Assembly (NCBI GenBank): GCA_013239625.1
Contig: MU053652.1
Coordinates: 1,986,001 to 2,050,000 of the forward strand
Direction of reading: 5' to 3'
From: Lama guanicoe
Taxonomy: Eukaryota
DNA: 64,000 nucleotides
How positions within the stretch are numbered: position 1 is the first letter of the stretch; every line of letters begins with the position of its first letter. Below, one piece after another: positions 13,746 to 25,580 of this stretch. Made by a program: the position numbers and the translations under genes. The notes beneath the pieces were generated by a model. The model saw only the letters and a list, made by a program, of their open reading frames with translations. It made no database searches and had not been told where the DNA came from.

Positions 13746-16700
13746 GAACCGTCCTTCCAGGGCCCCCCCTGGAGGGAGGGACACACCAAGCCGTGCCTCA
13801 GTCTAGATTATCATCTTTACCAAGTGCAAGTTCCGACTGGCGTCAGCAGCATCCCCTGAGCAGCGCTCTCTCCCTGGCTCTCTCTCTCTCTGCCTGTTTC
13901 CGTCTCCCTCCTTCCTGGACCCCCTCTCTTGCAGTTGCTCTGCTAACACGACTGAACCAAGCCGCCGACCCTCAGTTAGTCCAGAAGGCCCAGCCTCCGG
14001 CGAGGGACCTGATCGGAAGACGTCAGAGGGCGCCCTCTTTCTCGGCTGACCCCACGTGTCAGCATCAGGGCCCGAATATGGATGAGGAGCCGTGGATGGA
14101 GGATGTCTCTGTGCTGCTCCCTCACCTTCCACTTTGTGACAGCCCCATACTTGTCCAAGTCTTGGCCTGGGGAGGAGGCAGTGCGCTCAGTATTACCTTC
14201 ACTGGGAAGATGTCACCTGGCCCACATTTCCATCTCCAGAGGGTCTGTCAGTGGTGTGGTCCCTTTGCAACCTTGAGAAGAAAGACTGTACCTCCTGCCT
14301 GTGGCTAGAGTCGGGGTGTGAGGAGTTGAGGGGTGCCTCACAAGCTGCCTCTCTCTTGTTGGATTGGCATCCAGTGGCCTCCTTGTCCCCTTACAATGTT
14401 CTTGGAGCCTTTCCAGGTGCCCATGGGGCCCTGCCTGCCCGGTCCCCTCTCTGCCTGTGGGCAACCAGACAGAAGAAGGAAGAGCAGTTACAGTCCACCG
14501 TGGAGATACTCACACCCTCCCAATCTGGCTCAGAGCGGCAGCGATGTAACACAGAGAGGAGGAAAGAAAAGATTTGCATCTACCCTGGAAGCAGAATTGG
14601 TTGTTTTCCATTCACCCCCACATGTAAACAAGCCACAGCCATCGTCCTCGGTCTGATCCACTGCAGATCCTTGAGTGCTATCGAGAAAGCGCCTCCATCC
14701 TCCTCAGTCATCGCTCATCAAGGGTCAAGGTAAAATGCAGAGTGCGTCCAGGAGATTCTACCTCCAGCTGTCTCCATGTCTCCATTCCCACCGTCCTTCC
14801 TGAGAGCTCTCTGGAGTGAACAGCCTCGCCCCTGTCCCCCAGCAGAACCTGGTGCCCCTGCTATGCAGATGACATCGCCAGTGGACTGTTCAGACCCCCT
14901 CGGGAGTCATTTCATCAACATCCCAGCTGTCTCTTTAATGGCTCTCCCCCCTCATCTCCTTGGCAGTAATCGCTCAAAGAAACACACTCAAGCGCAGCCT
15001 CACAGAGACAAACCGAAATGCCAGCCAAATTCAACCCCAGATTTGTCATGTTTGGGAAGGACCAAAGAATCAAGAGGAAGGACCTGGCTGGAAATGGGAG
15101 GAGGGACATACAGCTGACCTTTGCCCTGGCATCTGTCTTTCCATCCGTCCTTCCATCTACGGACACATCATTTTAGCCAGCAGGCGAGTGTGTGCTCAGA
15201 CATGCGTCCTAGATGAGCAGGGGCTCTGGTGAGAGATGGTCTGATGGAGGGCGCTGGAAACCTGTAACCTTGAAGGGACCTTAGATGCCGCCTCTGTCTG
15301 TGGTCCAGTCTCCACCACGGACTCTCTCCTGGCAGCCCCGGTGTTGGGCTGTACACCACTCTGGGAGACAAGCAGAGGCATCGGCTGAGGTGGAGTTGGG
15401 GATGCGGGTTCCACAGTCTTGCCTTCACTTCCTGAGCATCAGTCATCCTTCCCTGCCATCCATTCAAAAGGGGCCCAACGTGGAAAGAGGAAGGAACCAC
15501 ACCGTTGCCAGCAACGCCTGTGGAGCATCTTGTCCTTAAAGACTGCCAGCCCCTTGCACGTGAATACATGTGCGTGTGTGTGGATCTGTCTGCCTCAGGA
15601 GCAGGCAGAGAGCTCAGAAAGATTTCTTGTCCTATGTAGGGGGATTTGAAGCATCTCCCTTCCCTGCCCTTACTCATCACTCATCCTGCAGCTTTGGGAT
15701 ATTTCAACACTTGCTTTCTATGCTGAGTGCTGGGGGGGGTGGGGGGAGGTGAGGTCACCTGTCTGTAGGAAATCAGGGTGGGCACTGGACAAGGGAAGCC
15801 TGGACCTGACTGGCAGCCGGGCGGTGGTACCCAGAGCAAGGCATGATGTGGCGTCGAGGAGAACAAATGATGGGCAAACACAAGTAACCTAACCAGCGGG
15901 AAGAGGAACATGGGAACAGATGTGCATCAAGGGAGAAAAACATAACCAAAGGTTTTGGCAAACGAAGTGCCAGGTGGAGAAGTGAGGAATTTTTACCCTT
16001 GATCATTTGATGTCCTCCCCGGAAGCCACGGGCCCTGGCAGGCCAGGAAGGAAGCATGCGGGAGGCAGGCTGAGGGAGCGCCCGGGCCACGAAAATATTT
16101 TTTGCACATGTGAAAGATTGGGGAGAAGAAAGACACAAACGTATTTAACACAGATATGCTGAAATGGAAGCTGTGTGTGTGTGTGTGTGTGTGTGGGTGA
16201 GTGTGTTTTGATTTATTTTTTAAGTTTTGCACAGTTAGAGGAGAAAAATGAACAAGCAGGAAAAAAAAGACTGTTAATCCTGGTTCTGCTGAAGATTTTC
16301 TTTTTTTTTTTACCGGATTATTATTTTTGTTGTTGTCGGTACAAAACTTTTTTCCTCCACATTTTTGTTATAAGAGAAACATTAAACACCTCAGAGAAGC
16401 ATAAATGTCCGTAAGAAGGAGAGGAGAAGGACGGGCCAGCTTCCGTGCTCTGCTCACTTCTCCTGGAGGAGGGCTTGGGGCAGAGTTGACTTTAATTGGC
16501 GGGTGGGTTGTAACTGGTGTTTTGCCTGCAGCCCTGCAGCTGCTGGGGGATGGAGAACTGGAACAGAGTCACACAGACCACAGCCCATCTTGCCCATAAA
16601 AGCTCTCTTTCCCTTTGCTGTTTGTTTTCCATTTCTTTCATTTGGATTCTTGGTGCATGTGTGATACATTTCAATGTAAAGACAAGGCAGCGTTGTCGAA

Positions 16701-19700
16701 AAGCTGCTCTTTGCCCCAGATCTTCGTTCCAAACCTCGCCTTGGAATCCTCCATCTCCTGCTGGCAGGCCAGAGAACCCCGGCTGGCCAGCACGCGACAG
16801 AGAAGGAACTTGGGCAGACTGGGTCCCGTGGAAGGGAGGTCCCCTGAAGGCCCCCATCCATGTCACAGTTAACGCGCAGGTTGACAGTTCTGTTCAAGGT
16901 GGGACCTTTATCTGACTCCTTGAGTCCTGGGCAGAGAGCAGGGGAGAAAAGGCCCTCTCTTCTCACCTCTCCTTCACCCCATCTCTTGCACCCCTCACTC
17001 CTTGAAACCACCAGGGTCCAAAATGGTACCAGGAGAACACACAGTGAAAATAAGTGACTGGGGTTAGATGGGGACATTGAATGTTGGGAGGAGATGGGAT
17101 GGTGCCGGGTGGTGGTGAGAAGCAGGAAGAACTTTACCAGGTCCTGAATTTAAAAGAATGGGCGGAGAGACACTGGGAAAGTCAGCGGCAGGCTGGTCAT
17201 CTCTCCCGGGGCACAAGTCTCCCCAGGTGTGGGCTCTGCTGTTCTCTGTCCTTCCTTGTAAGGAGAGACCCTGACATTTCTTGGTAACTGCAAATAGCAT
17301 CATTAAGTGCCGTTGGCTATTGTGTCAGTTACCTCCTCAGGAACATTTTTTTTTCTTGCCTTCTTTCTACATGGTTTTGAAGTCAGGGACCCAGGAGAAC
17401 CTGAGTGTCCCATAGGCCAAGGTCTGTTCAACCCCCTGCGGGATGTGCACCCTGGAAGCCAGCCCTAGAGCCTCCCTCTCATGAGCCTGTGGGCCAGTGA
17501 GTGAGTCTGGAGATGCTTGAGAGAGGGAAGTCAGTTTAAACAAATCCTGAGAGCTGAGGCCGACTGTCCAGGACCGTGCCCAGGCAGCCACGGAGTGAGG
17601 CCTCCGATCTCTTCCCCACAGGCCCAGCTCGCACCTCCCAGCAATGTCGGTGGGTTATCCCAGCACCACCACCCCCTTCCCACGCCCCAGGTCCTCGTGC
17701 TTTTGTCCCCTTTGCATGTCTGGCTCCTGAGTGTGCCCCCCGACCCCGTCCCTCTTGCCCACCTCTAGCACGTGTAGCCTCTGCCCCAAGGCCATGTATC
17801 CACTGGAACACAGGAGCTGCTCAGCCCCCTGCAGACACCTCCGCCCTCAGTCCAGCCCCTGGGACTGCTCTCGCCCCCTCTCACCCTCCAAAGCTGCCTC
17901 GCTGAGTGCTCGGGGCTCCCTGGTCCAGCCCCGGCCTGGTGGGTCCCCCATCAGAGAAGCCACAAACCATCGTCTCCCAAATTCTACTGCTCCATTCTAC
18001 GAGGCAGGTGTTGCAGATGTTTCCAGAATCCTTAACAACCCCTGGCTCTGACCTAAAAGGGAAAGCCCTGTATCCCACCTTCCTCCTCTCTCAGGACTAA
18101 GGGACACGTCCTTTGGCTTCACAGGATGCAAAGTCAAATATTTAACCTAGTGAAGGTTAAGGTTAATTATTGTTAAGAACAGACTTTCCTGCCTCCCAGA
18201 GAGCTGAGAAGGGGGAGATGCTCTGCAGGCAGAAGACTGGTGGACACGCCTTTCTCGGCCCTGAACCACGGCCCTTCCGGGAACAGCCACCCCAGTGAGC
18301 ATCCCAGCGCCGGTCTCTGAGAGGCGGTTCTGTGTATGAACACTCTCCAGTGTTCCCAGTACCAGTAACAGAACACTCTCCAATACCAGTCCCTACTGTG
18401 CCCCCAGCGGACCGGATCCCGCCCCAGGCAGATCCCACCTCTTCCCTGGCCTTTCCTCTTGCTTCTAGTTCACATCGTCTAGAACCCTCTCTCAGCCCCT
18501 CACTCTCCATCATCTCTCAGGACAGACCCCTAAGGGTCCCTGATCCCTCAGCCCTTCCTTTCGTCTTTAAGCTGTAGGTGGGCTGTTTGTTTGGGGTTCG
18601 TAAGAGCCTGAGATTAAGGAGGGAGCCCAGTTGTGGATGTTAAATACAAATTACTGTGGTTGAGGGGACAAAACTCTTTACCTGCGACTTCCAAGGCAAG
18701 GAGGAGGAACTGGAGGCGGGGGGCCCTGTTGTGAAAGAAATGGGTCAGGACATCCCTGGATGTGGCCATGGCAGGGACACGTCCTCTGTGGCTGCTGACA
18801 TCATCGGTGTTTCCCCTGCGCCTTCGCTGGCCGGAGCCCGCAGCGCCACCTCACCCCACAGGTGTAGCAAAGGCGTCTTATCTTACAGAGTGGGGAGCTG
18901 AGGGGTGGCCGCAGGTGACTTCGAAGGGGCCGCTCCTGAGGGAGGCTGACACACTATGAGCCTCTTCTTGTGGTGCAGGAACACTGAATGGCAGCCTCCC
19001 ATTCAGAAGGGAAGCTCTGCAGTAAGATCTCAGACGTTCTCAAGAGACCTTTTTTTAAACTCCAAATCTTTGCTCCCCAGTAAAATTATTCTTTATTAGG
19101 GGAAGTATCTAACTTTATAAAATGTATAGGATTTTTCGGTTGTAAAAAATGGTTGTAAAAATAATTCACACTCATTAGAGTTCCAATTAAATTCCTTGGG
19201 TAGACCGGTGACTACCCTGAATCAAAACTAAACAAAACAGAAAAATCCCTAATGAATAAAAAGAGATTTCTGTTCGTACTGGCAGAGACAGTGAGCTTGG
19301 CCGGTGGGACGGCGGCGGGGCAGGGGGATCTGGGTCCTGACCTTGTTCAGGGAAGCCCCACCTTCCCTCCACTCTACCCCCTTTCACTTCCGTCCAGGCT
19401 GCCCCTGGTGTTGCTGACTCGAACAGCTTCCCCCAAAGGGCAGCAGGGAGACCCTATTAGGGAATGATCATGAAGGGACCCCTCCGCCGAGAAGGCAGAT
19501 GCTCATGGCAAATAGGTCTGTGCAACTCATCTTCCACCAGTTTCTTTATCTGGAATTAGAACTTCTTTTGTTGGTATCTTTGATCTTACAACTCAAGCAC
19601 ATTTTGGAAAGGCTTCCTTACAAGAGCAGAATTCAAAACAGAGGCTACAGTTACAGAGCAATGCAAAGGACACTTAAGAAACTGAGACGCCATTTTACCA

Positions 19701-20745
19701 AACAAGGACTACTGAATGCAATTCAGGCACACGACTAGGATGGTGTACGTGTCCTTGTGTGTTCTCCTTCCCTCATCCCTCCCCGATGTTGCCGTCAGCT
19801 TGTTGGCTCGTTAAACTCTCTGTTCTTTAAAAAGAAAAGCTAGTTTACCTCAAAGAATCTTGTTTCCATTTGGAAACCATTACTTTGTGTTTTAAGGTGG
19901 ACGACCGTCCCCTCCATCAGTCCCTGCCTGGGCCTGGCGTCCCTGAGGCCGGAGGTCCTGGTTTAGCCGTGCCTTGCCTGTGCTGACCAAGAATGAGAAT
20001 CCCAGGCCCTGAGATGGGAAGGAAGGATCGGAGGCAGCTGCCCTCCTCCCCAGTTTAGCTTGTTGAGACCAGCCTATCTCTTCCAGCAGGGTCCTGCCAA
20101 GTTACCATAGCAACCAGCAACTAACTCCAGGGTACCACAACAGGCAATGGCTCAGTGAGCCTGGGGGTTGGGGAAGAGGAGTCTGGCCTGGTCAGATGAC
20201 CTGGAGTTAAGTCTCAAACACTGAAGAGAAGAGGAGGAACAGGAAAAGATGGATGGGTGGTTTAAGGAACAAGCAGTGGCCTCTGGGTCTCAGAGATAGG
20301 CCACTGAAGGAGGGAGGGCAGTCATTCCTGCTCCTGTCACTCGCTTCCAGCCCTGCCCCACTTCTGTTTCCATAAAGCTCCCACCTTGAACCCTTTGTTA
20401 GAACAAAGCAAAACATATCTTTAGACAACAGTGTTATAATGAGCCTCAAAGATACGTGGATGGAATCTGTTGGAGGAAGGAGGGTCTTCTGGTTTTGATT
20501 TTTAAAGAAGAGTATCCTAGTAAGATTTAAAAAAAAATTTAAAAAAAAGTTTTTAAAAAGGAAACCTATGCTATTTAAATTGGAGCCCAGTTGTAACTTG
20601 GTAAAGGCAAGCTTCTGTACCTTTGTTATAATTAATTGTATACCTGTGTATGTAAATATAAGGCATTCCTATTTTGCAGTTCAGAACAAAAAAAAACCTA
20701 TTTGTAATATAGAATAAAGTTTATTAAAAAATAATAAAAATGCAG
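13746..20745 (+). other. PLXNA4: Long (~7 kb) PLXNA4 3'UTR
   Basis: Runs from the stop codon to the polyadenylation signal cluster. Nearly free of recognisable interspersed repeats compared with the flanks, with an AU-rich terminal block. PLXNA4 is known to have a multi-kb 3'UTR. End position approximate. Confidence 0.75.
16172..16195 (+). repeat. (TG)12 microsatellite in the 3'UTR
   Basis: Directly visible tgtgtg run. Confidence 0.95.
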
Positions 20746-20775
20746 TTGGGTTTTATGTTATATGTGTGTGTGTGG
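20713..20775 (+). terminator. Distal polyadenylation signal cluster with GU-rich downstream element
   Basis: AATAAA 20713-20718, ATTAAA 20723-20728 and AATAAA 20733-20738, preceded by several TGTA motifs and followed by gttgggttttatgttatatgtgtgtgtgtg. Confidence 0.8.
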
Positions 20776-21849
20776 AAGGGGGAGGGGGAGAGGCTGGGCC
20801 ATGAGGACGTGATGGATGGTGGTCTCCATGGTGCAGATACAGCACCTTCTCTCTCCAACTACGGGATATCTGAACTCAACCACCAGAGATAGATCCTTTT
20901 CCTGAAGGCTCTGTCCTCAGCTACCAAGCAGGCATCTCAGGAGGCAATAACCCTGCAAGGCTGGGGAAAACATACTACCAGTCAGTGCCGTCAGCAGACG
21001 TCACGTTAGCACGGAGCCTCTGAATCTGTCTCAGCACAGTTCTCCAGGCACACACCTGTGTCCTGGAGACAACACAAGGATCACCATCCCTGCTTCAGGT
21101 CTTCTTGGCAAGCTATGCATAAGTGTAATGATTTGTGGGTCCCCTTGCCCCCCTTTTGATAGAAGGTGGAGCTCTTGAACCCAGATGTGCCTCTGGGATA
21201 GAAACAGGATAGGAAGAAAAGGAAAAGGGTGGCAGTGGAGTTGGGGGAAGGGAAGAAGCCAGCCCATCTGCCTGTGCTCACGGCCCCCTCCGGCCCGCAC
21301 CTACGGCTGCCAGGTGCTGGGGCGAGGGGCAGGGCAGGAAAGGCCGCTGGAGCAGCAGAGCCCCGGTCTCGACCCAGGAAATCTGTGTCCGCTGCTCTTC
21401 AATCCACTGGCTGCCCTTGAGACACTTTCCTCAAGTCAGCAGGTGGAGAAGCTGGGCGGGATTTCTCCGTGAAATTCCAATGTTCTTCTTATTTAAAGGA
21501 AAAACCATGAAAAAAGAGAATTGCCAAGGAAGCAGGGTAAGGAAGGAGAGACAGAAACACACGGAAAAGGGAAGATTAAGTAAGAAAGGTAGGAAGGAGG
21601 AGTGTGGGGCAGACGCAAGACAGACCCTGGGAACCCCAACAGCAGAGAGACTTCTGTGTCCTCTGTCTCCCTGCTACCCCTTAACCACCAAACCTTAGGC
21701 TCCTGGGAGTGAGTGACCTCAAGATCTAGCACAGACTGAAAAGCCTGCCATCAGCCAGAGGTTTTGTTTTTATTCTTTGGTAGTTAAGGCTCACACGGAA
21801 AGTAGACTTCATGAACAGGAAGGAGGAGCTGTTTTTCCTTCTCAATAGT

Positions 21850-22035
21850 GAGGCAGGCTGCAGTAGAAAGCTCAGACTGGAACTCCACACACGACCGAGT
21901 TCCTGCCCTGTCCTCAGGCTCCGTACCTACATGATCTCATACTTGACCACCATTAGCCACCCTGACCCTGAGCAGCTCACATCTCTGTGATTTTGTTTCC
22001 TTCCCTGTAAACTGCAGACACATCTAACTACATTA
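21850..22035 (+). mobile_element. MIR SINE fragment
   Basis: gcagtagaaagctcagactggaactcc...accctgagcagctcacatctctgtgattttgtttccttccctgtaaa. Confidence 0.55.
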
Positions 22036-22202
22036 CGAAACCCAGAAGACGGAGGGTGGATTCCTGAAACTGAAGTGGGAAAGACACAGCACACTCTGAA
22101 GGGTCATACATGCGTGGGGTGCTATTAATAGGCATACAAATGATACTGCACGATCAAGAGTGGTCTGAGCTTGGACCTCAACAACAAATTTGGAGGGAAT
22201 GC

Positions 22203-22731
22203 TGCATTCATCACCTTGGGCTGCCAGAACAGAAGATCAGACTGGGAGGCTTCAACAACAGACATGCATTTTCCAACGGTTCTGAAGGCTGGAAGTCCAA
22301 GATCAAGGTGCCAGGTTGGGTTTTTGGTGAGACCTTTCTTTCTGGCTCAGAAATAGCTATCTTTTTTTTTTTAACTTCAGAAATGCATTTATTCACAAAC
22401 GATCTGTGCGGCCACACTGATAAACAAATCTCTGAGTGTCATACGCAGCCCTTCCCATGTCGTGGCCTTGACACACGGGGTTCAGAGCAAACAGCTGTCT
22501 TCTGCGTCTTCACGCGGTCTTTCTTTCCTCTGTGCATTCCTGGAAGGAGATCTCTGCTGTCTCTTACAAGGATAACAGTCCTATCAGATTAGAGCCCCAC
22601 TCTTGGGACCTCACTTAACCTTAATTACCTCCTTCAAGGTCCTATCTCCAAATTCAGTTACATTGAAGGTTTGAGTTTCAATATATGATTGGTGGCGGCG
22701 GGGTGGGGGAGACACAATTCATTCCATAACA
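22203..22731 (-). mobile_element. MLT1 (ERVL-MaLR) solo LTR, interrupted by a small retrocopy
   Basis: Hallmark motifs ggctggaagtccaagatcaaggtgccag, acctcacttaaccttaattacctc and ggagacacaattcattccataaca. TG...CA ends with a probable 5-bp TSD, aatgc (22198-22202) and gatgc (22732-22736). Confidence 0.85.
22362..22488 (-). pseudogene. Short processed retrocopy of a polyadenylated transcript 3' end (parent unidentified)
   Basis: Poly(T)11 at 22362-22372 and tttatt (AATAAA on the - strand) at 22388-22393. Non-MLT1 sequence continues to 22488. Flanked by TSD aaatagctatctt (22351-22363) and aaacagctgtctt (22489-22501). Confidence 0.7.
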
Positions 22732-22789
22732 GATGCCTTCTTTATTCATTGCAGAAGAGTAAATATCTAACACCTTATGAAATACATAT

Positions 22790-22905
22790 TATTTTATCAT
22801 TAGACTATGAGATTATTGAAGGCAGAGCCCATACCTCAGCTGAACTTATGTTACCCAAGTTTAACAAGTGTCCAGCACAGAGCAGATCACAGTAAATCGT
22901 GAACA
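22790..22905 (+). mobile_element. L2 3' end fragment
   Basis: tagactatgagattattgaaggcagagccc...agtgtccagcacagagcagatcacagtaaat. Confidence 0.55.
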
Positions 22906-23109
22906 ATGGAGGAAGGGACAAGGGGAGTAAGACTAGGGGAACACAACCAGCCACAAAGTTGGTCACTGTATTATCTTCCCAACTATGACCAGCATGCCCT
23001 CCACTATTTTTCCTATTTGGCCACATACCCCCTGCCATGAATGTTTTATCTTTAGGAAACTGATCCTTGAGTTGCAGCTGGTGGCTATCCCTGGCAGGTG
23101 AAGAGAACA

Positions 23110-23476
23110 GATGTTGTGGTCAAAACCTCTCCCGGACTGGTTGAGCCGCCCCCGGCTGCGCAGTGGTAGACCGTCACTTTTCAACAACACACACTTCCCT
23201 GCCCTGAACGAGCATTTCAGGTTCCCACCTAATAAAGGTGGGCCGACCAAGCCACTTGCTTTGGGCCAATGAAATCTGAACGTTAGTGATGTAAGTCACC
23301 TGCAGTACTCCCTCAGCCTGGACCATGGAGTGAGGACGATGACACAGAGCAAAGCCACCAGATGACCCTGACAGTTATGCAGTATGAGTGAAAAATAAAT
23401 CTTTGCTGTTTTAAGTCACTGAGATGTGAGGGCTGTTTGTTACCGCAGCATAACCTAGACTATCCCAATTGTTACA
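23110..23476 (+). mobile_element. Old MLT1 (MLT1J/K-like) MaLR LTR
   Basis: cttgctttgggccaatgaaatctga...aaataaatctttgctgttttaagtcactgagatgtgagggctgtttgttaccgcagcataacctagactatcc...aca. Confidence 0.75.
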
Positions 23477-24724
23477 AAGCACAAGAAATTTACCCTGGCC
23501 AATAGGTTGCCCCTTAGCTAACAGCTGGACGTGTGGAATCTCATCTTTCACCTACAGAGAGTTATTCTTTTAACCTAAGTCCTTTATTTTTTAAAGACAT
23601 CATTGGCTATTTGTATAATATGTGAATCATTTTGTGGAAGTTCCTCATTTTCCTAAGCTGAATTTTGGACAGATTAGGGAAGACGGGGAAGACTCAGAAA
23701 AAGAAGAAGCAAATCCATAAAGAAAAGGAAGCGGAGGGGAGGGGAAGGATGGGGAGAGAGAAATTGGCAGGAAGAAGCTTGGGGAGGACAGCACCTTTCG
23801 CCAGCTCTGTGCTGGGGGGTTCTGCCTGGTCTTCACCCCGCCTGCCTGCCGTGGTAAGAGTGCTCAGCCCCAGGCGGAGGTCACAGCACTCAGATCCCAC
23901 ACCGCTGCCATGAGAGGCCATATGCACCACCCAAGAATGAATCCACCAAGGTCGTTTTAAAACATAACCTACAGTGCTCTATGTACTTTGATTCTGATCA
24001 ACGATCAACTTACCAAGAAAGCAGAGAACTCATCCTTACTGGTGCACAGATCGCATTCTCCACCCAGGTCCCTGCTCCAGATGCCAGCAGCCTCTAGGCG
24101 ACCATTAACGACAGCTCCTCGTGATGCCTAGAAAGGCCCGTCCACACACACAGGCTGGCCTCTCTCAACAGCGCCTGTCACGGCTGGATTCTAACAAATG
24201 GGTTTGATGATCCCTCTAAGATACAGGCAAGGGAGGAACTCATGCCCCAACAAAAGGGGGTCTTTCTTATCCCTGTTCCATATTGAAGGACCAACCTGGG
24301 CTTCTCCACCTGCCAAGTTCCCCAACCATCCCAGGTTAAGACTGTCCAACTCTAGAGATGCAAAGGCAGGGCCTGGGGGGACAGGATGCAGAGCGGTCAG
24401 GGAGGGGAAGCTGGCCGGTCACTAGGGATACACTCTCAGCACCCATCACCCGGAGCACATCAACTAAAAGGACCGGATCACAGCGTCCCCCTGGGTGTGC
24501 CTGCCTGCACTGCCCCCAACACCTCCGTGCCCTTCTTATTCCTTCTTCCTCTGCAGCTTCCCTCCAGCTGTATTATTTCCTGTGGGCAGCACAGGAAGGA
24601 TGTGCCCCGGACCCAGAGCTGTGTGAGCACCCTACCTGTCCAGGCAGCAGTGACTTCGATCCTCCTTGTGTAGCCCGAGTGTGTTCTCTATGTCGAGTAA
24701 TGGTAAACCTGCCCATCACTGTCC

Positions 24725-25022
24725 AGCCCTGTCACCTGGGGCAAATTCCTAACTGTCTCCAAATCTTGGTTTTCTCATCTGTAAACAGGGGAGTCATAAT
24801 GCCTCCTCACAGAGTTGCTCAGAGACTCAAGTGAGATAAGTCTTTCAAGGAACTTAGAGCGGGTCCTGACATCTTGTAAGCTTTTTAGTGGATAGTGGCT
24901 TTAGTATTGAGCGACAGGCTCCTGAAGGGAAAACACCACATGTAGATCTCTCCAGCCCTAGCTCATGGGACAGTACCCAGCACAGAGTAGTCGCTTTAAG
25001 AATGTCTATTAAATGAATGAAT
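24725..25022 (+). mobile_element. MIR fragment followed by an L2 3' end
   Basis: ggggcaaattcctaactgtctcc...ttttctcatctgtaaacaggggagtcataat (MIR), then cagcacagagtagtcgctttaagaatgtctattaaatgaatga (L2 tail). Confidence 0.65.
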
Positions 25023-25119
25023 AAAGTTCGTGCAAGAATCTCTCAACTGCCCAGATCCTGAAATGCAAGTATAGAATATAGCTTCCCAAGAGAGTACAGA
25101 AATGGATAATTGAAAATGA

Positions 25120-25580
25120 TGTGTCCGAATTTTCCTCCAAAGCAGAGCCTGAGACAAGGGCTTATGAGCAGGGGGTTTATTTGGGGAGGGGCCCTGAGAT
25201 CCAGGAGCGGGGACAGGAGAGTGAGGACGAGCCGACTCAAGGGTGTATTATCAAGCTGGTCTCCACTGTGAGCAGCAGGACTCAATCCCCTTTGGTCCTC
25301 AGAAACGGTGCACCTCAGGATGTGGCCTCTAGCTCCCATCCCCTGGTGCTGGAAGGTTCATTCAGACTTTTAGATACGCAAGTGTATATGAATGGTTTGG
25401 TGGCTCCCAGCAGTGACCCCAGTGTTAGGAGCAGCGGAGTCCTGGGACAGAGGCAAGAGGGAAGCAAGTTCTGTCCTTAAGGAAGATGCTGTCAGGCTAC
25501 ATGCATGCCACCTGGTTCCTATGGGGTTGAAAAGCGGGTCAAGAGGGTATCAGGAGGGGCACAAGGGACGCGTACAGTGC
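25120..25580 (-). mobile_element. Ancient ERVL-type LTR (LTR16/LTR33/LTR67-like)
   Basis: aaagcagagcctgagacaagggcttatgagcagggggtttatttggggagg is typical of this LTR group in reverse orientation. The 3' boundary is uncertain. Confidence 0.5.

Noticed and set aside
13743..13750. Stop-codon readthrough
   Set aside because: The context is TGA-GAAC, not the TGA-CTAG readthrough motif.
13679..14308. 209-codon ORF overlapping the PLXNA4 stop in another frame (possible frameshift extension)
   Set aside because: It starts at GTG, there is no slippery heptamer or alternative acceptor leading into this frame, and the translation has no recognisable domain. Long ORFs arise by chance in GC-rich UTR.
18338..18390. 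Short direct repeat gaacactctcca x2 (33-bp period) in the 3'UTR
   Set aside because: Only two copies of 12 bp. This is an ordinary local duplication, not an array or CRISPR-like structure.
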